Positions 1 through 9,822 are shown, counted from the stretch's first letter. The stretch is 64,000 nt of DNA from Bacillota bacterium (GCA_023421075.1 JAEZUM010000046.1:16768-80767), one strand, 5' to 3'. Notes: generated from the sequence alone by a model not told the origin. A program made the numbers and translations.

Positions 1-171
1 ACTGTAATTATCTGCAGATGCCTCACTTACCATTATCTCACTACCGGCAATCCGTTTCTCTGCTAAATTGCTGATATACCTTCCAGGATAACTCCATCGC
101 ATCACGGATACCATTAAAACTGCAAAAGCCAAACACCATAGTAAAAGGTAAATTCTATGCCTTTTATTCAT
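1..171 (-). CDS. hypothetical membrane-anchored protein, N-terminal fragment (gene runs off the left edge)
   Basis: My own minus-strand translation: ATG at 171..169 preceded by GGTGGTAGG, reading MNKRHRIYLLLWCLAFAVLMVSVMRWSYPGRY... (basic N-terminus plus one hydrophobic helix). The frame is open to position 1. It is absent from the ORF track because it is truncated. Confidence 0.35.
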   Translation of the reverse strand, partial: MNKRHRIYLLLWCLAFAVLMVSVMRWSYPGRYISNLAEKRIAGSEIMVSEASADNYS

Positions 172-235
172 ATCATACCTACCACCTATGTCTTACTATT
201 ACAGTTTATTCAAAGATTGTATTCCCATGCTGTAA

Positions 236-2710
236 TTAATAGGTATCTCGTAAGCTTCGAACCTGCAGTTTCTCCTTCAGGTCTTTCGCATCTTTAAATG
301 CTTCTCCACGGATATCCTTCTTCGCAAGTGTAATAACCTTGTCCTCTCTGTCCGTGAGATAGAAATAATTATCACTAAAGATAGCATCATTGTCAGCAAA
401 GTCAAGCTCTACAAAACACGCCAGTTTCTCAGCCTTCAGATGGATCAGGTATTGATCCTCTTCCTCTTGTACAAGGAGGTTGATCTGAGGTTGCTGTAGC
501 ATCAGGTATTTGAATGGAACAAATATCTCTACCTCATGGCTTTGATACCCTTCCTCATCGATGAAGACTGCTTCCACAAAGACCTGATCTTCGATCCCTT
601 CAATCAGAGCTTTATAATCAATCTCGGTGACCAACTTATTCGATAAAGCGGGTACCTTTACCTCATAGGAATCAGTTCTTAATACCGCAAAATCCATTTT
701 CCGCAGTGTGACGACCACCTTACAGTTTTTATCCTCCATCCGTTCATTTTGGATATGTGCTTCGATGGTCTGCCCGGTTCTTGCAAGTGTTCCTGCGATT
801 GGAGCAAAGAATTTCTTCGCCATATAATGCAATGCTTTCCATCTGCCGTAATAATCAATGCTCGCCCAGGAAGCAACCGGCCAGTCATCATTTAGCTGCC
901 AGTACAGAGCACCCATACAACGACCACGGTTCCGTCTCCAATGCTCTACGCCGAATTTGATGGCAATACCCTGCATGATCTGTGACACATAGATCAATCC
1001 GGTAAAATCCTTCGGATAAAGGAAGTTTTCGGATAGATAATACAGAATAATACCGTTGGCCGAATTATTCTTCTGATGACTTTCCATGACTCTGGAAAAG
1101 ATATTCCTATCTTCTTCCTCTGTATAGGAATTCACCGTCTTGATGGACGGGAAGGACTGAAATCCGAATTCAGAACAGAAGCGGAAGAAATAATTACGAT
1201 AGTCCTCAAAAGGCTTTAAACCATGCCATACTGCCCAGTAATGGGTGTCTCCCCGGTTCTCATCGTCGGGATTATCAAAACAACCGCCGGAGGAAGGAGA
1301 AGAAGGCCAGAAAAAGGTTCTGTCATCAACCTCTTCCACTGCTTTGGGTAAAATATATTCAAATTGTTTGATATAATCAGCTCGTAGCGCGGGGGAATGC
1401 GGTTGAAAATCCGGCCAGTGAAGCCAAGCTGATTCCAGCTCGTTATTTCCACACCAAATTCCTAAGGATGCATGATGTCTGATTCGTCTGACATTATCCT
1501 TCGCCTCAAGTGCAATGTTCTCTTCAAATTCCTTGGTTACATCATACACGTTGCAGGCAAACATCAGATCCTGCCATACGATAATTCCGAATCGGTCACA
1601 TAGATCAAAGAATTCATCACTGGGATAATATCCCCCTCCCCAGACACGCAGACAGTTATAATTGGCTCTTACACAGGAGTCAATCAAATATTCAATTCGG
1701 TCTAGGGTAATCCTGGAATAGACCAAATCCTCCGGAATATAATCTGCACCCTTGGCAAAAATCTTGATTCCATTAATCTTAAAGGCAAACTCGGAACCCC
1801 ATTCATCCTTCTCCTGACTTATGGTCAGAGTACGAAGACCAATGGTATACTCTTTGCTGTCACATATCTCATTATCCTTCTTCATAACCACTTCTAGATG
1901 ATAGAGCGGCTGCTTACCATATCCATTCGGCCACCACAATTCCGGTTGTTCTACAGTTATAGAACATCCAGCATTGCTTCCCGGTACGCTTTGTTGGTAG
2001 GTTACAGCATCACCACTCGGTGTTGTCAAAGTATATTCCAGCGTATAGTCTCTCTGGAGTAAACGCTCCAGCTTCGTAATCAGTTCTAGCTCCACACTGT
2101 GGTTATGGTGATGCTGAATGATCTCTACATCTTCTATTCTTCCATCCGAATAACCCAACAGCTCAATGTCTCTCCAGATACCTGCATCCGGAACCTGAGC
2201 TCCCCAATCCCAGCCAAACATGCAGTGAGCCTTTCTCAGGTATTGATTTCCCTTCATCGCACCATTTGCAACGTAGCTGATCTCCTTATGCTCTGCCGGA
2301 ACATAGCTTTCGATAAAAGTAATCGGTGCGCGAAATACAATCCGGATCTGATTCACACCGGGGTTAAGCAAGGACTTACAATCAAGCCTCCAGGTCCGGT
2401 GCATATTGTTGGTTTTATCCAACAGAATATCATTGATGTAAATCTCAGCCAACGTATCCAAGCCATAGCAGGTTAATTCGATCCGCTTCATGTCATATAG
2501 CTCATCTGATACCTGAAATTCTCTGTAAAATTCATAATCCTTTCGAAACAATTCTCTTGCTTCGTACTCATTCAATCGCCAGAAGGGATCACCAATCCGG
2601 CCATGAGCCAACAGGGTTGACATGACAGAACCGGGTATCTGGGTGTCCAGCCAGTGATTTTCTGTAACTTCTTTCATCTTCCAAATACCATTCAGTGTTT
2701 GCTGCAACAT
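236..2710 (-). CDS. beta-mannosidase, glycoside hydrolase family 2
   Basis: 824-aa ORF. The length, the N-terminal sugar-binding region and the [12 protein letters not shown] and WQD..FAC / NELE motifs are typical of GH2 beta-mannosidases. Confidence 0.8.
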   Translation of the reverse strand: MLQQTLNGIWKMKEVTENHWLDTQIPGSVMSTLLAHGRIGDPFWRLNEYEARELFRKDYEFYREFQVSDELYDMKRIELTCYGLDTLAEIYINDILLDKTNNMHRTWRLDCKSLLNPGVNQIRIVFRAPITFIESYVPAEHKEISYVANGAMKGNQYLRKAHCMFGWDWGAQVPDAGIWRDIELLGYSDGRIEDVEIIQHHHNHSVELELITKLERLLQRDYTLEYTLTTPSGDAVTYQQSVPGSNAGCSITVEQPELWWPNGYGKQPLYHLEVVMKKDNEICDSKEYTIGLRTLTISQEKDEWGSEFAFKINGIKIFAKGADYIPEDLVYSRITLDRIEYLIDSCVRANYNCLRVWGGGYYPSDEFFDLCDRFGIIVWQDLMFACNVYDVTKEFEENIALEAKDNVRRIRHHASLGIWCGNNELESAWLHWPDFQPHSPALRADYIKQFEYILPKAVEEVDDRTFFWPSSPSSGGCFDNPDDENRGDTHYWAVWHGLKPFEDYRNYFFRFCSEFGFQSFPSIKTVNSYTEEEDRNIFSRVMESHQKNNSANGIILYYLSENFLYPKDFTGLIYVSQIMQGIAIKFGVEHWRRNRGRCMGALYWQLNDDWPVASWASIDYYGRWKALHYMAKKFFAPIAGTLARTGQTIEAHIQNERMEDKNCKVVVTLRKMDFAVLRTDSYEVKVPALSNKLVTEIDYKALIEGIEDQVFVEAVFIDEEGYQSHEVEIFVPFKYLMLQQPQINLLVQEEEDQYLIHLKAEKLACFVELDFADNDAIFSDNYFYLTDREDKVITLAKKDIRGEAFKDAKDLKEKLQVRSLRDTY

Positions 2711-2840
2711 ATAAACTTCTCCTCCGTATTTGTAGTAAAAATTCCAGTAATATCTACATTATACCACAGAAGAAATCAGGTATCCATATGTTAACCTCAT
2801 GAATAAGATAGATTAACGAATTTTAACAGAGGTTTATCAT

Positions 2841-3653
2841 ATGGGATACTATATTAATGTCGAGCCAACAGTGAACTTATATATCGAGGATTTGAATCCG
2901 GAGGGAAGCAAGACGATTCTGTTCCTACATGGCTGGCCCGGCAGCCATGAATTATTTGAGTACCAATTTAATCAGCTGGCTCCTTTGGGTTATCGATGTA
3001 TTGGATTGGACCAGAGAGGCTTCGGCAAATCCGATCAGCCTATGACCGGATACAGCTATGATCGGTTATCCGATGACGTACGTTGCTTGATTGAAACACT
3101 AAAGCTTCATGATATTACGCTACTGGGACATTCTACCGGAGGTTCTATCGCTGTACGTTATATGGCCAGACATCGTGCTTATCAAGTGAAAAATCTGGTA
3201 CTATGTGCTGCTGCGGCTCCAAGCCTGATCAAACGTCCCAATTTCTCCTATGGGGTACCGAAAGAAAATATCGAAGAAATGATAACCCTTACTTATACTG
3301 ACCGCCCACAGATGCTACAGAATTTTGGAGCAAATTTCTTCTTCCAACACATCAGCTCTGCAATGATGGATTGGTTCTTTCAGCTTGGTCTGGCTGCAGC
3401 AGGCTGGGCAACTGCAGAAGTCGAAAAGACCTGGATCGCAGAGGTACTGTTTGCCGACCTGGAGCAGATATTGACACCAACCTTGATTATTCATGGAATT
3501 CATGATAAAATCGTACCTTTTTCACTTGGTGAGATTCAAAAGAAAATGATCCGCAACTCTCTTTTACTTCCCTTTGAATTCAGTGGTCATGCCACCTTCA
3601 TTGATGAGATGGATCGTTTCAACAAAGAAGTAACTCGCTTTATCAATGCATAA
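2841..3653 (+). CDS. alpha/beta-fold hydrolase (arylesterase / non-haem haloperoxidase-like)
   Basis: 270 aa. HGWPGS oxyanion region, GHSTGG nucleophile elbow, and a C-terminal HG.HD..VP and GH motif. Confidence 0.8.
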   Translation: MGYYINVEPTVNLYIEDLNPEGSKTILFLHGWPGSHELFEYQFNQLAPLGYRCIGLDQRGFGKSDQPMTGYSYDRLSDDVRCLIETLKLHDITLLGHSTGGSIAVRYMARHRAYQVKNLVLCAAAAPSLIKRPNFSYGVPKENIEEMITLTYTDRPQMLQNFGANFFFQHISSAMMDWFFQLGLAAAGWATAEVEKTWIAEVLFADLEQILTPTLIIHGIHDKIVPFSLGEIQKKMIRNSLLLPFEFSGHATFIDEMDRFNKEVTRFINA

Positions 3654-3824
3654 ATCCATAATCTTTTGACGAAAGTTCTCTCAAGTTTCCGACTTTCATA
3701 ATTTGGATGATGATAATCCGTAAATCCTCCGGATACATTTTTTTGATATGATACTATATTTTTCTTATGTTATCGTTTATAATAAGTAAGATTAACGTAA
3801 GATTAATACTTTGGGAGGTATCAT

Positions 3825-4697
3825 ATGTTATACGGAGCACTGGAAGCCGGTGGCACAAAGATGGTAATGGCGATAGGCAATGATCAAGGAGAAATACTGG
3901 AGCAGCTATCGATACCGACAGAGACACCGGATATTACTATGATCAAGATAATTGAGTATTTTAAGAATAAGAAGATAGAAGCACTGGGGATTGGATCCTT
4001 TGGACCGATTGACCTGGACAAAGGCTCCAAAACCTACGGCTGTATCACCTCAACCCCGAAACTTGCCTGGGTGAATTATAATATTGTGAAGACCTTGAAG
4101 GATGCACTACAGATTCCGATCGGCTTTGATACGGATGTGAATGCTTCTGCACTCGGAGAAGCAACTTGGGGAATCATGAAGGACGTGAACTCCGGTATCT
4201 ATATCACGATTGGAACCGGGGTCGGGGTTGGTGTCTATATGAACGGATCCTTATTACACGGAATGCTTCACCCTGAAGCTGGTCATGTATTATTAAGCAA
4301 ACATTCTGAGGATACCTTCGAAGGCGTTTGTCCTTATCACCCCAACTGCTTAGAAGGATTGGCATCCGGTCCCGCGATTGAGAAGCGCTGGAATCAAAAA
4401 GCCTATGAATTAAAGGATAATCCGAAGGTATGGGAGCTGGAGGCTTATTATATTGCTCAGGGAATTGTAAATTATATTCTAACCTTATCCCCTCACAAAA
4501 TTGTACTCGGCGGCGGAGTAATGCATCAGGAACAACTCTTCCCCCTGATCCGCAGAGAAGTAGCCACACTTCTAAACGGATATATCAAAACTCGTCAAAT
4601 GGAGGATCTGGAGCATTATATCGTGCCTGCCTCACTTAAAGATAATCAGGGTATCATGGGATGCATCCAGTTGGCTAAGCTGGAATTAGCCAATTAG
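3825..4697 (+). CDS. ROK-family fructokinase
   Basis: 290 aa. N-terminal ALEAGGTKMV ATP-binding motif, a DTDVNASALGE ROK signature, and a Cys/His zinc motif (HPEAGH...CPYHPNCLE). GGGAGG Shine-Dalgarno upstream. Confidence 0.8.
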   Translation: MLYGALEAGGTKMVMAIGNDQGEILEQLSIPTETPDITMIKIIEYFKNKKIEALGIGSFGPIDLDKGSKTYGCITSTPKLAWVNYNIVKTLKDALQIPIGFDTDVNASALGEATWGIMKDVNSGIYITIGTGVGVGVYMNGSLLHGMLHPEAGHVLLSKHSEDTFEGVCPYHPNCLEGLASGPAIEKRWNQKAYELKDNPKVWELEAYYIAQGIVNYILTLSPHKIVLGGGVMHQEQLFPLIRREVATLLNGYIKTRQMEDLEHYIVPASLKDNQGIMGCIQLAKLELAN

Positions 4698-4734
4698 ATA
4701 AGTTTAGCCCGGCTTCACTGGACACGGCAGACAA

Positions 4735-4805
4735 ATAAGACACATTACTGCTAGCCCTCACTATATAAGGATTTTATAGCAGGGATAGACGGTAATGTGT
4801 CTTAT
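4735..4805. terminator. compound hairpin between convergent genes (bidirectional terminator candidate)
   Basis: AATAAGACACATTAC (4735..4749) pairs with GTAATGTGTCTTAT (4792..4805), enclosing a second inner stem. It lies between the fructokinase (+) and nitroreductase (-) stop codons. Confidence 0.5.
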
Positions 4806-4866
4806 ATATACCTATGAGTTATTACCAAGATAACAATATATTCTATATCCTTAATTCAAATCGATC

Positions 4867-5613
4867 TTATTCCTCTCGAAAGCTCTGCATATATACCGCT
4901 GCAGATCGGTTCATTTCAAGTGAAAACTTACTCATATATTTGCGATTACAGATCGCCGCGATTCCTTCCGATACATCCTTGTCAGAAATACCGGCTTTCT
5001 GATTGCGTAAACGATGCATTTGCTCCTGCTCGTCCTTGGATAGCCTATGATATGTATTTTCATAAACGATGTAATTCTCATCAAAACGTAATGGCTTCTT
5101 CCTGGTTAATTGCCCCTGTGTTGGATATCCATATACTACCATAGCAGCCGGAACTACATATTCAGGAAGCTGAAGCATATCTCGTACCGCCTCACAGTTC
5201 TCGATGATATCCCCGATATAGCAGGAACCAATACCTAGTGACTGTGCAGCCACAACTGAATTCTGAGCTGCAATAATCGCATCTGCACAGGCAAGCAACA
5301 GATCTCCTTCCCCGGGCTTGCGAGGTTGGCAGCCCTCTTGACAGAACGCATCATACCAACGCTGATAATCAGCCAGAAAGATAAGAATTAATGGAGCCTT
5401 CATAATAAAGGGCTGATTATCACAGCTGATTGCCAGTTGTTTTTTCAATTTGTCGTCTGTGACATCGATGATACTGTACAGCATCATTGCCCCTGCCGTG
5501 GGTGCCTCAAACGCTGAGCTTATGATCACCCTCTTGAGTTCCTCCGGAATCGGTCGTTCTTCAAATACTCTCACCGATTTGCGTTCCACTAACTCTCTGA
5601 TTGTCTCATTCAT
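4867..5613 (-). CDS. nitroreductase-family flavoprotein
   Basis: 248 aa. RKSVR.F motif at the N-terminus and overall nitroreductase-fold pattern. AGGAGG Shine-Dalgarno upstream. Confidence 0.75.
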   Translation of the reverse strand: MNETIRELVERKSVRVFEERPIPEELKRVIISSAFEAPTAGAMMLYSIIDVTDDKLKKQLAISCDNQPFIMKAPLILIFLADYQRWYDAFCQEGCQPRKPGEGDLLLACADAIIAAQNSVVAAQSLGIGSCYIGDIIENCEAVRDMLQLPEYVVPAAMVVYGYPTQGQLTRKKPLRFDENYIVYENTYHRLSKDEQEQMHRLRNQKAGISDKDVSEGIAAICNRKYMSKFSLEMNRSAAVYMQSFREE

Positions 5614-5811
5614 GCTTAATCCTCCTTTATTAATAACATGATTTAAGAGAACGATTGTAGGATTTTTCCTCCCTTATCCTCATTGCATAATCACAATACG
5701 GAAACACGGATCAATTCTCGCATCGATCCTAATTATTAATAATTATATCATATCTTCTTAAGATTGAAACTCGTTACTTCTCTAAATGCAGTATCTTTTG
5801 CATTATAATAC

Positions 5812-5866
5812 CTTATAAAAACAATATGGCATAGATATGTATTGCTTGCCCAATACTTATCTATGC
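5812..5866 (-). terminator. rho-independent terminator after the degenerate ABC-like gene
   Basis: On the minus strand, a 16-bp stem (GCATAGATAAGTATTG / CAATACATATCTATGC, one mismatch) with a 6-nt loop is followed by CATATTGTTTTTAT. Confidence 0.55.
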
Positions 5867-5935
5867 ATACTGTTAATGTTGTATATTCCCCATACAACCC
5901 AATATAAGTCAAGAGTTGCCCCTTATGATCCTTGT

Positions 5936-6541
5936 TTAGTTTACTACATATATCCTGTCACTAAAGCTCTGAAGCAGCTTATAATCATCCGAACCGATCA
6001 ATACAATCTTTTCATCCTTCGCATATTTGTTCAGAAAAATCATGATTTTTCTTCGATCACTTGTTTTAAAACTTTCCATAAATGCATCCAGAAGGATTAA
6101 GGTCTTTTCTTTTAAAAACAAGCTAACGAGCTTTACCTTCCTGCGATCAATCTCTTTCAGATAATTAATCCCGGTATTGATATAGCGAAGTAATCCGAAT
6201 TCCTTTAACAGCATTCTCTTCCGATCCTCGTAGCCTTCGTCTACCGCTTGATCCATAGTCCCGAAGAAATCCAGGAAATCATTCACCGAAAGCTCTGTAT
6301 TAATGATCGAATCCTTCGTTATCACAGCAATATTATTGATATATTCCTCATAACTGCCCTTCATGCTTATCATATCCAGCACCACATCACCATCAAAGTG
6401 CTCTAATCCGGATAGCAAAGAAATCAATTCATTCTTTTTATCTCCGTAGAGACCGGCCAAGGTACAATTATCAATATCCATTGATATCCCTTTTGACTCC
6501 CCGGGAAGATCCTGCATATTTTTTACTCTTATATTAAGCAC
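5936..6541 (-). CDS. orphan ABC-ATPase homologue with all catalytic motifs degenerate
   Basis: 201 aa with a GTG start after GGAG. It aligns collinearly by eye with ABC nucleotide-binding domains, but Walker A reads GLYGDKKNE, the signature motif reads LKEID (for LSGGQ), Walker B reads ILLDAF (no catalytic Glu) and the H-loop reads GSDD. No permease gene is adjacent. Confidence 0.6.
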   Translation of the reverse strand: MLNIRVKNMQDLPGESKGISMDIDNCTLAGLYGDKKNELISLLSGLEHFDGDVVLDMISMKGSYEEYINNIAVITKDSIINTELSVNDFLDFFGTMDQAVDEGYEDRKRMLLKEFGLLRYINTGINYLKEIDRRKVKLVSLFLKEKTLILLDAFMESFKTSDRRKIMIFLNKYAKDEKIVLIGSDDYKLLQSFSDRIYVVN

Positions 6542-6732
6542 AATTTATCTCCTACAGCTATGGTTTTTCCGTATTTATGTTATCTTAGTACGGATCAAAA
6601 CTCAATAAAACCTGGTTATTTGAAGCTTTTTATTTACTATTCTGCAAAATACAGAGCAGATAATTTCGCTATCATTCATTTTTCTGCACTTTTTCATGAT
6701 AATTTTACAATATTGGTACCCAGGCTTTGCAG

Positions 6733-6773
6733 GAGAAAAAGGAAGATAACACATTTAATCGTGTTATCTTCCT
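6733..6773 (-). terminator. rho-independent terminator closing the agr cassette
   Basis: 13-bp perfect stem (6740..6752 / 6761..6773) with an 8-nt loop, followed on the minus strand by TTTTTCTCC. Confidence 0.7.
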
Positions 6774-6845
6774 CCTTCAGACCTTATTCCTTTCATTTCT
6801 GATGATCAACAGCCTATCTTCAGGCATATCTATAACTAGCTTTCG

Positions 6846-7025
6846 TTAACCCAGCTTTTTGCTTAATTGCTTCAGGTTAACCTCCTTCAAGTTCTCCGGT
6901 TGCTTGGGCTCATACAAAATCAGGATGCATTCATCAAGACCATTCTCTCACGAGGTTAATGATGATGACAAAACCTTTTTGCATAAGATGGATGACAGAC
7001 TACTCTTTTCTTTCTTGTTTTTCAT
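6846..7025 (-). pseudogene. agrD: agrD-like cyclic autoinducing-peptide precursor, frame interrupted by an in-frame TGA at codon 26
   Basis: My own translation. GGAGGG-N6-ATG (7025), then MKNKKEKSSLSSILCKKVLSSSLTS, TGA (6950..6948), ENGLDECILILYEPKQPENLKEVNLKQLSKKLG, TAA (6848..6846). CILIL followed by YEPKxPExL is the AgrD hallmark seen in clostridial homologues. There is no in-frame start codon between the TGA and the Cys. Confidence 0.55.
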
Positions 7026-7081
7026 TACTTACCCTCCATTATTTATATTTTTTGACAAATGAATTCATAACAACAGAAGTG

Positions 7082-7684
7082 TTATTCGAATCCGTTGTCA
7101 TGAATCCGATTGTTTGGTAATAAAAATATTCCTTCCAATAATAAGGCCAAAACACCAAGTATAACAAAACTGCCAAAAGCATTTAAGAATAGTATCCCAA
7201 CCAGCAAGATACTTCCTTCGATTCCTGCAATCCACAATGATCTCTTCCTATGCCATTCGCGTGTCTCGGTGGATAATCTGCGTCCGGGCGAACTGGCCGG
7301 TGCCCGCATATAAATTAGAAAACAAGCTGTTAGGAGCAGGATAAAGGTGATCAATTTCCAATTAGTCAATAATGCCAATCCCTTTGATAGCCAAATGATT
7401 GATGTCATTATTAAAAGTGATATTATCAAGCACCCTCCCCTTGTCTTCAAGTGAATACCACCCGCATATTTGCGCAAGGGTCCATAGAATAACGCAAAAA
7501 CGATTGCCTCCCCGGGGACCCGAAGGACAATCGCAACGATGCTGAAAATGATTATGTTGAAAATATTTGAAAGGTACCTTTCCAAGGAATACGCATAGAT
7601 ATCCCGGTACTCCATATCAAGCTTGAAATTTGAAGATACATTCGTAATAATTCTATCTGCGATCAATTTATATATCATAAGCAT
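7082..7684 (-). CDS. agrB: AgrB-family autoinducer-processing membrane peptidase
   Basis: 200 aa with multiple TM helices. RKYAGGIHLKTRGGC places His and Cys 7 residues apart, as in the catalytic H77/C84 pair of S. aureus AgrB. Confidence 0.8.
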   Translation of the reverse strand: MLMIYKLIADRIITNVSSNFKLDMEYRDIYAYSLERYLSNIFNIIIFSIVAIVLRVPGEAIVFALFYGPLRKYAGGIHLKTRGGCLIISLLIMTSIIWLSKGLALLTNWKLITFILLLTACFLIYMRAPASSPGRRLSTETREWHRKRSLWIAGIEGSILLVGILFLNAFGSFVILGVLALLLEGIFLLPNNRIHDNGFE

Positions 7685-7736
7685 TCACTCCTTAAGATAT
7701 GAAACCAATGGATATTCCTCTGCAGTTTTTAATTAT

Positions 7737-8465
7737 TTATATCTGTGGAAATTCGAGATATCTTCTTTTAACTTCCTTTGCATAAGTTCGGCCAACGGGA
7801 AATTCTTCCCCTGTCTTCATCTGAAGAAGATGTTTCTTTAGCTGAGCAACTTCTGAAAGATTTACAATAATACCTTGGTTAATCCGCAAAAAATTATCTT
7901 CCAATCGCTCCGATAATGATGTTATAGTCTCATACACAAAATGCTTTGAGGATTTGGTGACGATAACACTCTGCGAATCATTTCGCTCTATGTACAGGAT
8001 ACTGGATTGATTTATTTTCTTCTTTAGATTATCCTCTGTAATGATGAAGGGAGATCTTTGCTTTCGATAGTTAAGATCATTAACCTGAAGAACGGCTTTC
8101 TTGAATATCCGCTCCAACCGCTCAGGATCTACCGGCTTAATAATAAAACTGAAGGCTTCCACATTAAATGCATCATAAGCAAATTCTTTATGTCCTGTAA
8201 TAAAAATCGTTAGAACTCTCGGGTTTTTCTTAAGCATTAAGGATGCAGTCTGAATGCCATTCAGACCATTCATGCTTTTTAGATCAATATCCATAAAAAT
8301 AATATCGATCTCTTCCTTATTCATGTATTCCAGGACGGCTTCTCCATTTGTAAAGCCCATAATATTGGCTTCTATTCTATACTTTTTGGATAATTCCTCG
8401 ATATAGGTACAGTTTATCTTTAGAGGAATACTCTCATCCTCACAAACAGCAATACTTAGTTTCAT
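7737..8465 (-). CDS. agrA: LytTR-family response regulator (AgrA-like)
   Basis: 242 aa. Receiver domain (CEDE..., IIFMDIDL) plus a C-terminal LytTR-type DNA-binding domain. It sits between the HPK10 kinase and agrB. Confidence 0.85.
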   Translation of the reverse strand: MKLSIAVCEDESIPLKINCTYIEELSKKYRIEANIMGFTNGEAVLEYMNKEEIDIIFMDIDLKSMNGLNGIQTASLMLKKNPRVLTIFITGHKEFAYDAFNVEAFSFIIKPVDPERLERIFKKAVLQVNDLNYRKQRSPFIITEDNLKKKINQSSILYIERNDSQSVIVTKSSKHFVYETITSLSERLEDNFLRINQGIIVNLSEVAQLKKHLLQMKTGEEFPVGRTYAKEVKRRYLEFPQI

Positions 8466-8508
8466 GAATTTACCCCTTTATCCGAATCTCAAATCACGAA
8501 CAGACCTA

Positions 8509-9822
8509 TTAAATTGGCATTATGATACGCAGCTGAAAGACCTCATCATCATAATTAAAATGAACCTCACCTTTGTATTTCGCAACAATGTCTCTTATAT
8601 TTTCTGTACCGATTCCATGTAAGTGTGTATTATCTTTACTGGATAGAAATTTGCCTTTTCTCATCACAGGCTTTACCCCAATCGAATTCTCACATTGTAT
8701 GATACATCCTCTATCCGTCTTCTGTAACGAAAAATCAATAAATTTCTTATTCATGGATTTTTCAGCCGCTTCGATTGCATTATCCAAAATATTACCGAAC
8801 AGCGCACAAACATCTCGATCCTGCATAGAGATCCCGGATGCTGCGATAAAGCTTTGAAATTCAATATTCAGTTCCTTTGCTTTTTCTTTCTTTGCATTCA
8901 ACAGTACGGACAGAGCCTTATTCTCAGCAACAATGATATCATTCGCCTTGGCAACATCTCCATACAGATCATCTACATACTCTTTAAGCTCAGTTATCTT
9001 TTGTTCATCAACCAGATTTTTGATCAGACCAATATGGTTATTCATATCGTGTCTTAATTTACGAAGATTATCGGTTATATTAATCATATCATTATTCTGT
9101 TTGAGTTCCAACTCGATTTTCTGCAGCTTCAGCTGAGTCTGCAGCTCTTTTCGGGATTCCCGCTCCATTTTGAAGACCAATAAAAAGGTGATAATCTCAA
9201 TAATTAATACCAATCCGAATAAAAATTGAACAATAGTGTCTAAGTCAATATTAGCGTTATTCAAATTAAAAAACACAACCACACTGCCGATCACCAAGAC
9301 AACATTGGATACTACCAAAATACTAAGATTTTTATGTGCAGATTCCTTGATCTGTAATTTTGCTCGTCTTCTCCTGATAAACAGTTCAAATAAGATGAGG
9401 GTAACGACCTTCGTGGCAAGAGTTGCCGTATTATTGATAACTGCATTGTTTTGAATCTCTTCCAGTGATATCTTTAAAACTAATGTCATAAATGTTATGG
9501 TTACGAGTTCCATAATAATTAATCCAATATAATAGACACCCCACCAGATCAGCTTCTCAAAAAAGGGACCCTTGAACAACCAAATGGCAGCAACAAAGGT
9601 GTATAGAATGATAACAACGCTTCCATATCCCCTTAAATTCTCCATAAAAGACAGGTCAAATACAATTCCCTTAATAATCAATAATACAAAGATAAGAGAT
9701 GCAGCTATACCATATATTTTTTTGCTGTATTTTAATTCCAGCATATTAGTCATCAATCGATACCATATATAAGCCTCAATGACTTGATTCGCATGATCAT
9801 AGATAAATAATAATAAGTTCAT
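8509..9822 (-). CDS. agrC: AgrC-like (HPK10) membrane sensor histidine kinase
   Basis: 437 aa. About 6 N-terminal TM helices, H-box LRKLRHDMNNH, N-box FGNILDNAIEA and G-box HGIGTENI. GGGGGA Shine-Dalgarno upstream. Confidence 0.8.
   Translation of the reverse strand: MNLLLFIYDHANQVIEAYIWYRLMTNMLELKYSKKIYGIAASLIFVLLIIKGIVFDLSFMENLRGYGSVVIILYTFVAAIWLFKGPFFEKLIWWGVYYIGLIIMELVTITFMTLVLKISLEEIQNNAVINNTATLATKVVTLILFELFIRRRRAKLQIKESAHKNLSILVVSNVVLVIGSVVVFFNLNNANIDLDTIVQFLFGLVLIIEIITFLLVFKMERESRKELQTQLKLQKIELELKQNNDMINITDNLRKLRHDMNNHIGLIKNLVDEQKITELKEYVDDLYGDVAKANDIIVAENKALSVLLNAKKEKAKELNIEFQSFIAASGISMQDRDVCALFGNILDNAIEAAEKSMNKKFIDFSLQKTDRGCIIQCENSIGVKPVMRKGKFLSSKDNTHLHGIGTENIRDIVAKYKGEVHFNYDDEVFQLRIIMPI

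Noticed and set aside
6640-6688. TGCAGAA (minus strand) repeated 42 nt apart upstream of the degenerate ABC gene, as a possible LytTR (AgrA) site
   Set aside because: A 7-nt match in AT-rich DNA is weak. The flanks do not repeat, and the spacing is not the 12-13 nt gap typical of LytTR direct repeats.
6900-6950. Possible selenocysteine recoding (SECIS) at the agrD TGA
   Set aside because: I could find no stable hairpin within about 40 nt downstream of the TGA; only the 6-nt palindrome ATGCAT is present. Nothing else in the window points to selenoprotein machinery.
6948-7025. Treating the 25-aa peptide MKNKKEKSSLSSILCKKVLSSSLTS as a complete, atypical AgrD
   Set aside because: It lacks the conserved post-ring tail. 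The same frame continues after the TGA into a canonical CILIL-YEPKQPE segment, so it is better read as the N-terminal leader of an interrupted precursor.
7075-7095. GTTATTCGAATCC, resembling a tRNA T-arm
   Set aside because: It lies across the agrB stop codon. No acceptor stem, D-arm or anticodon arm can be drawn around it.
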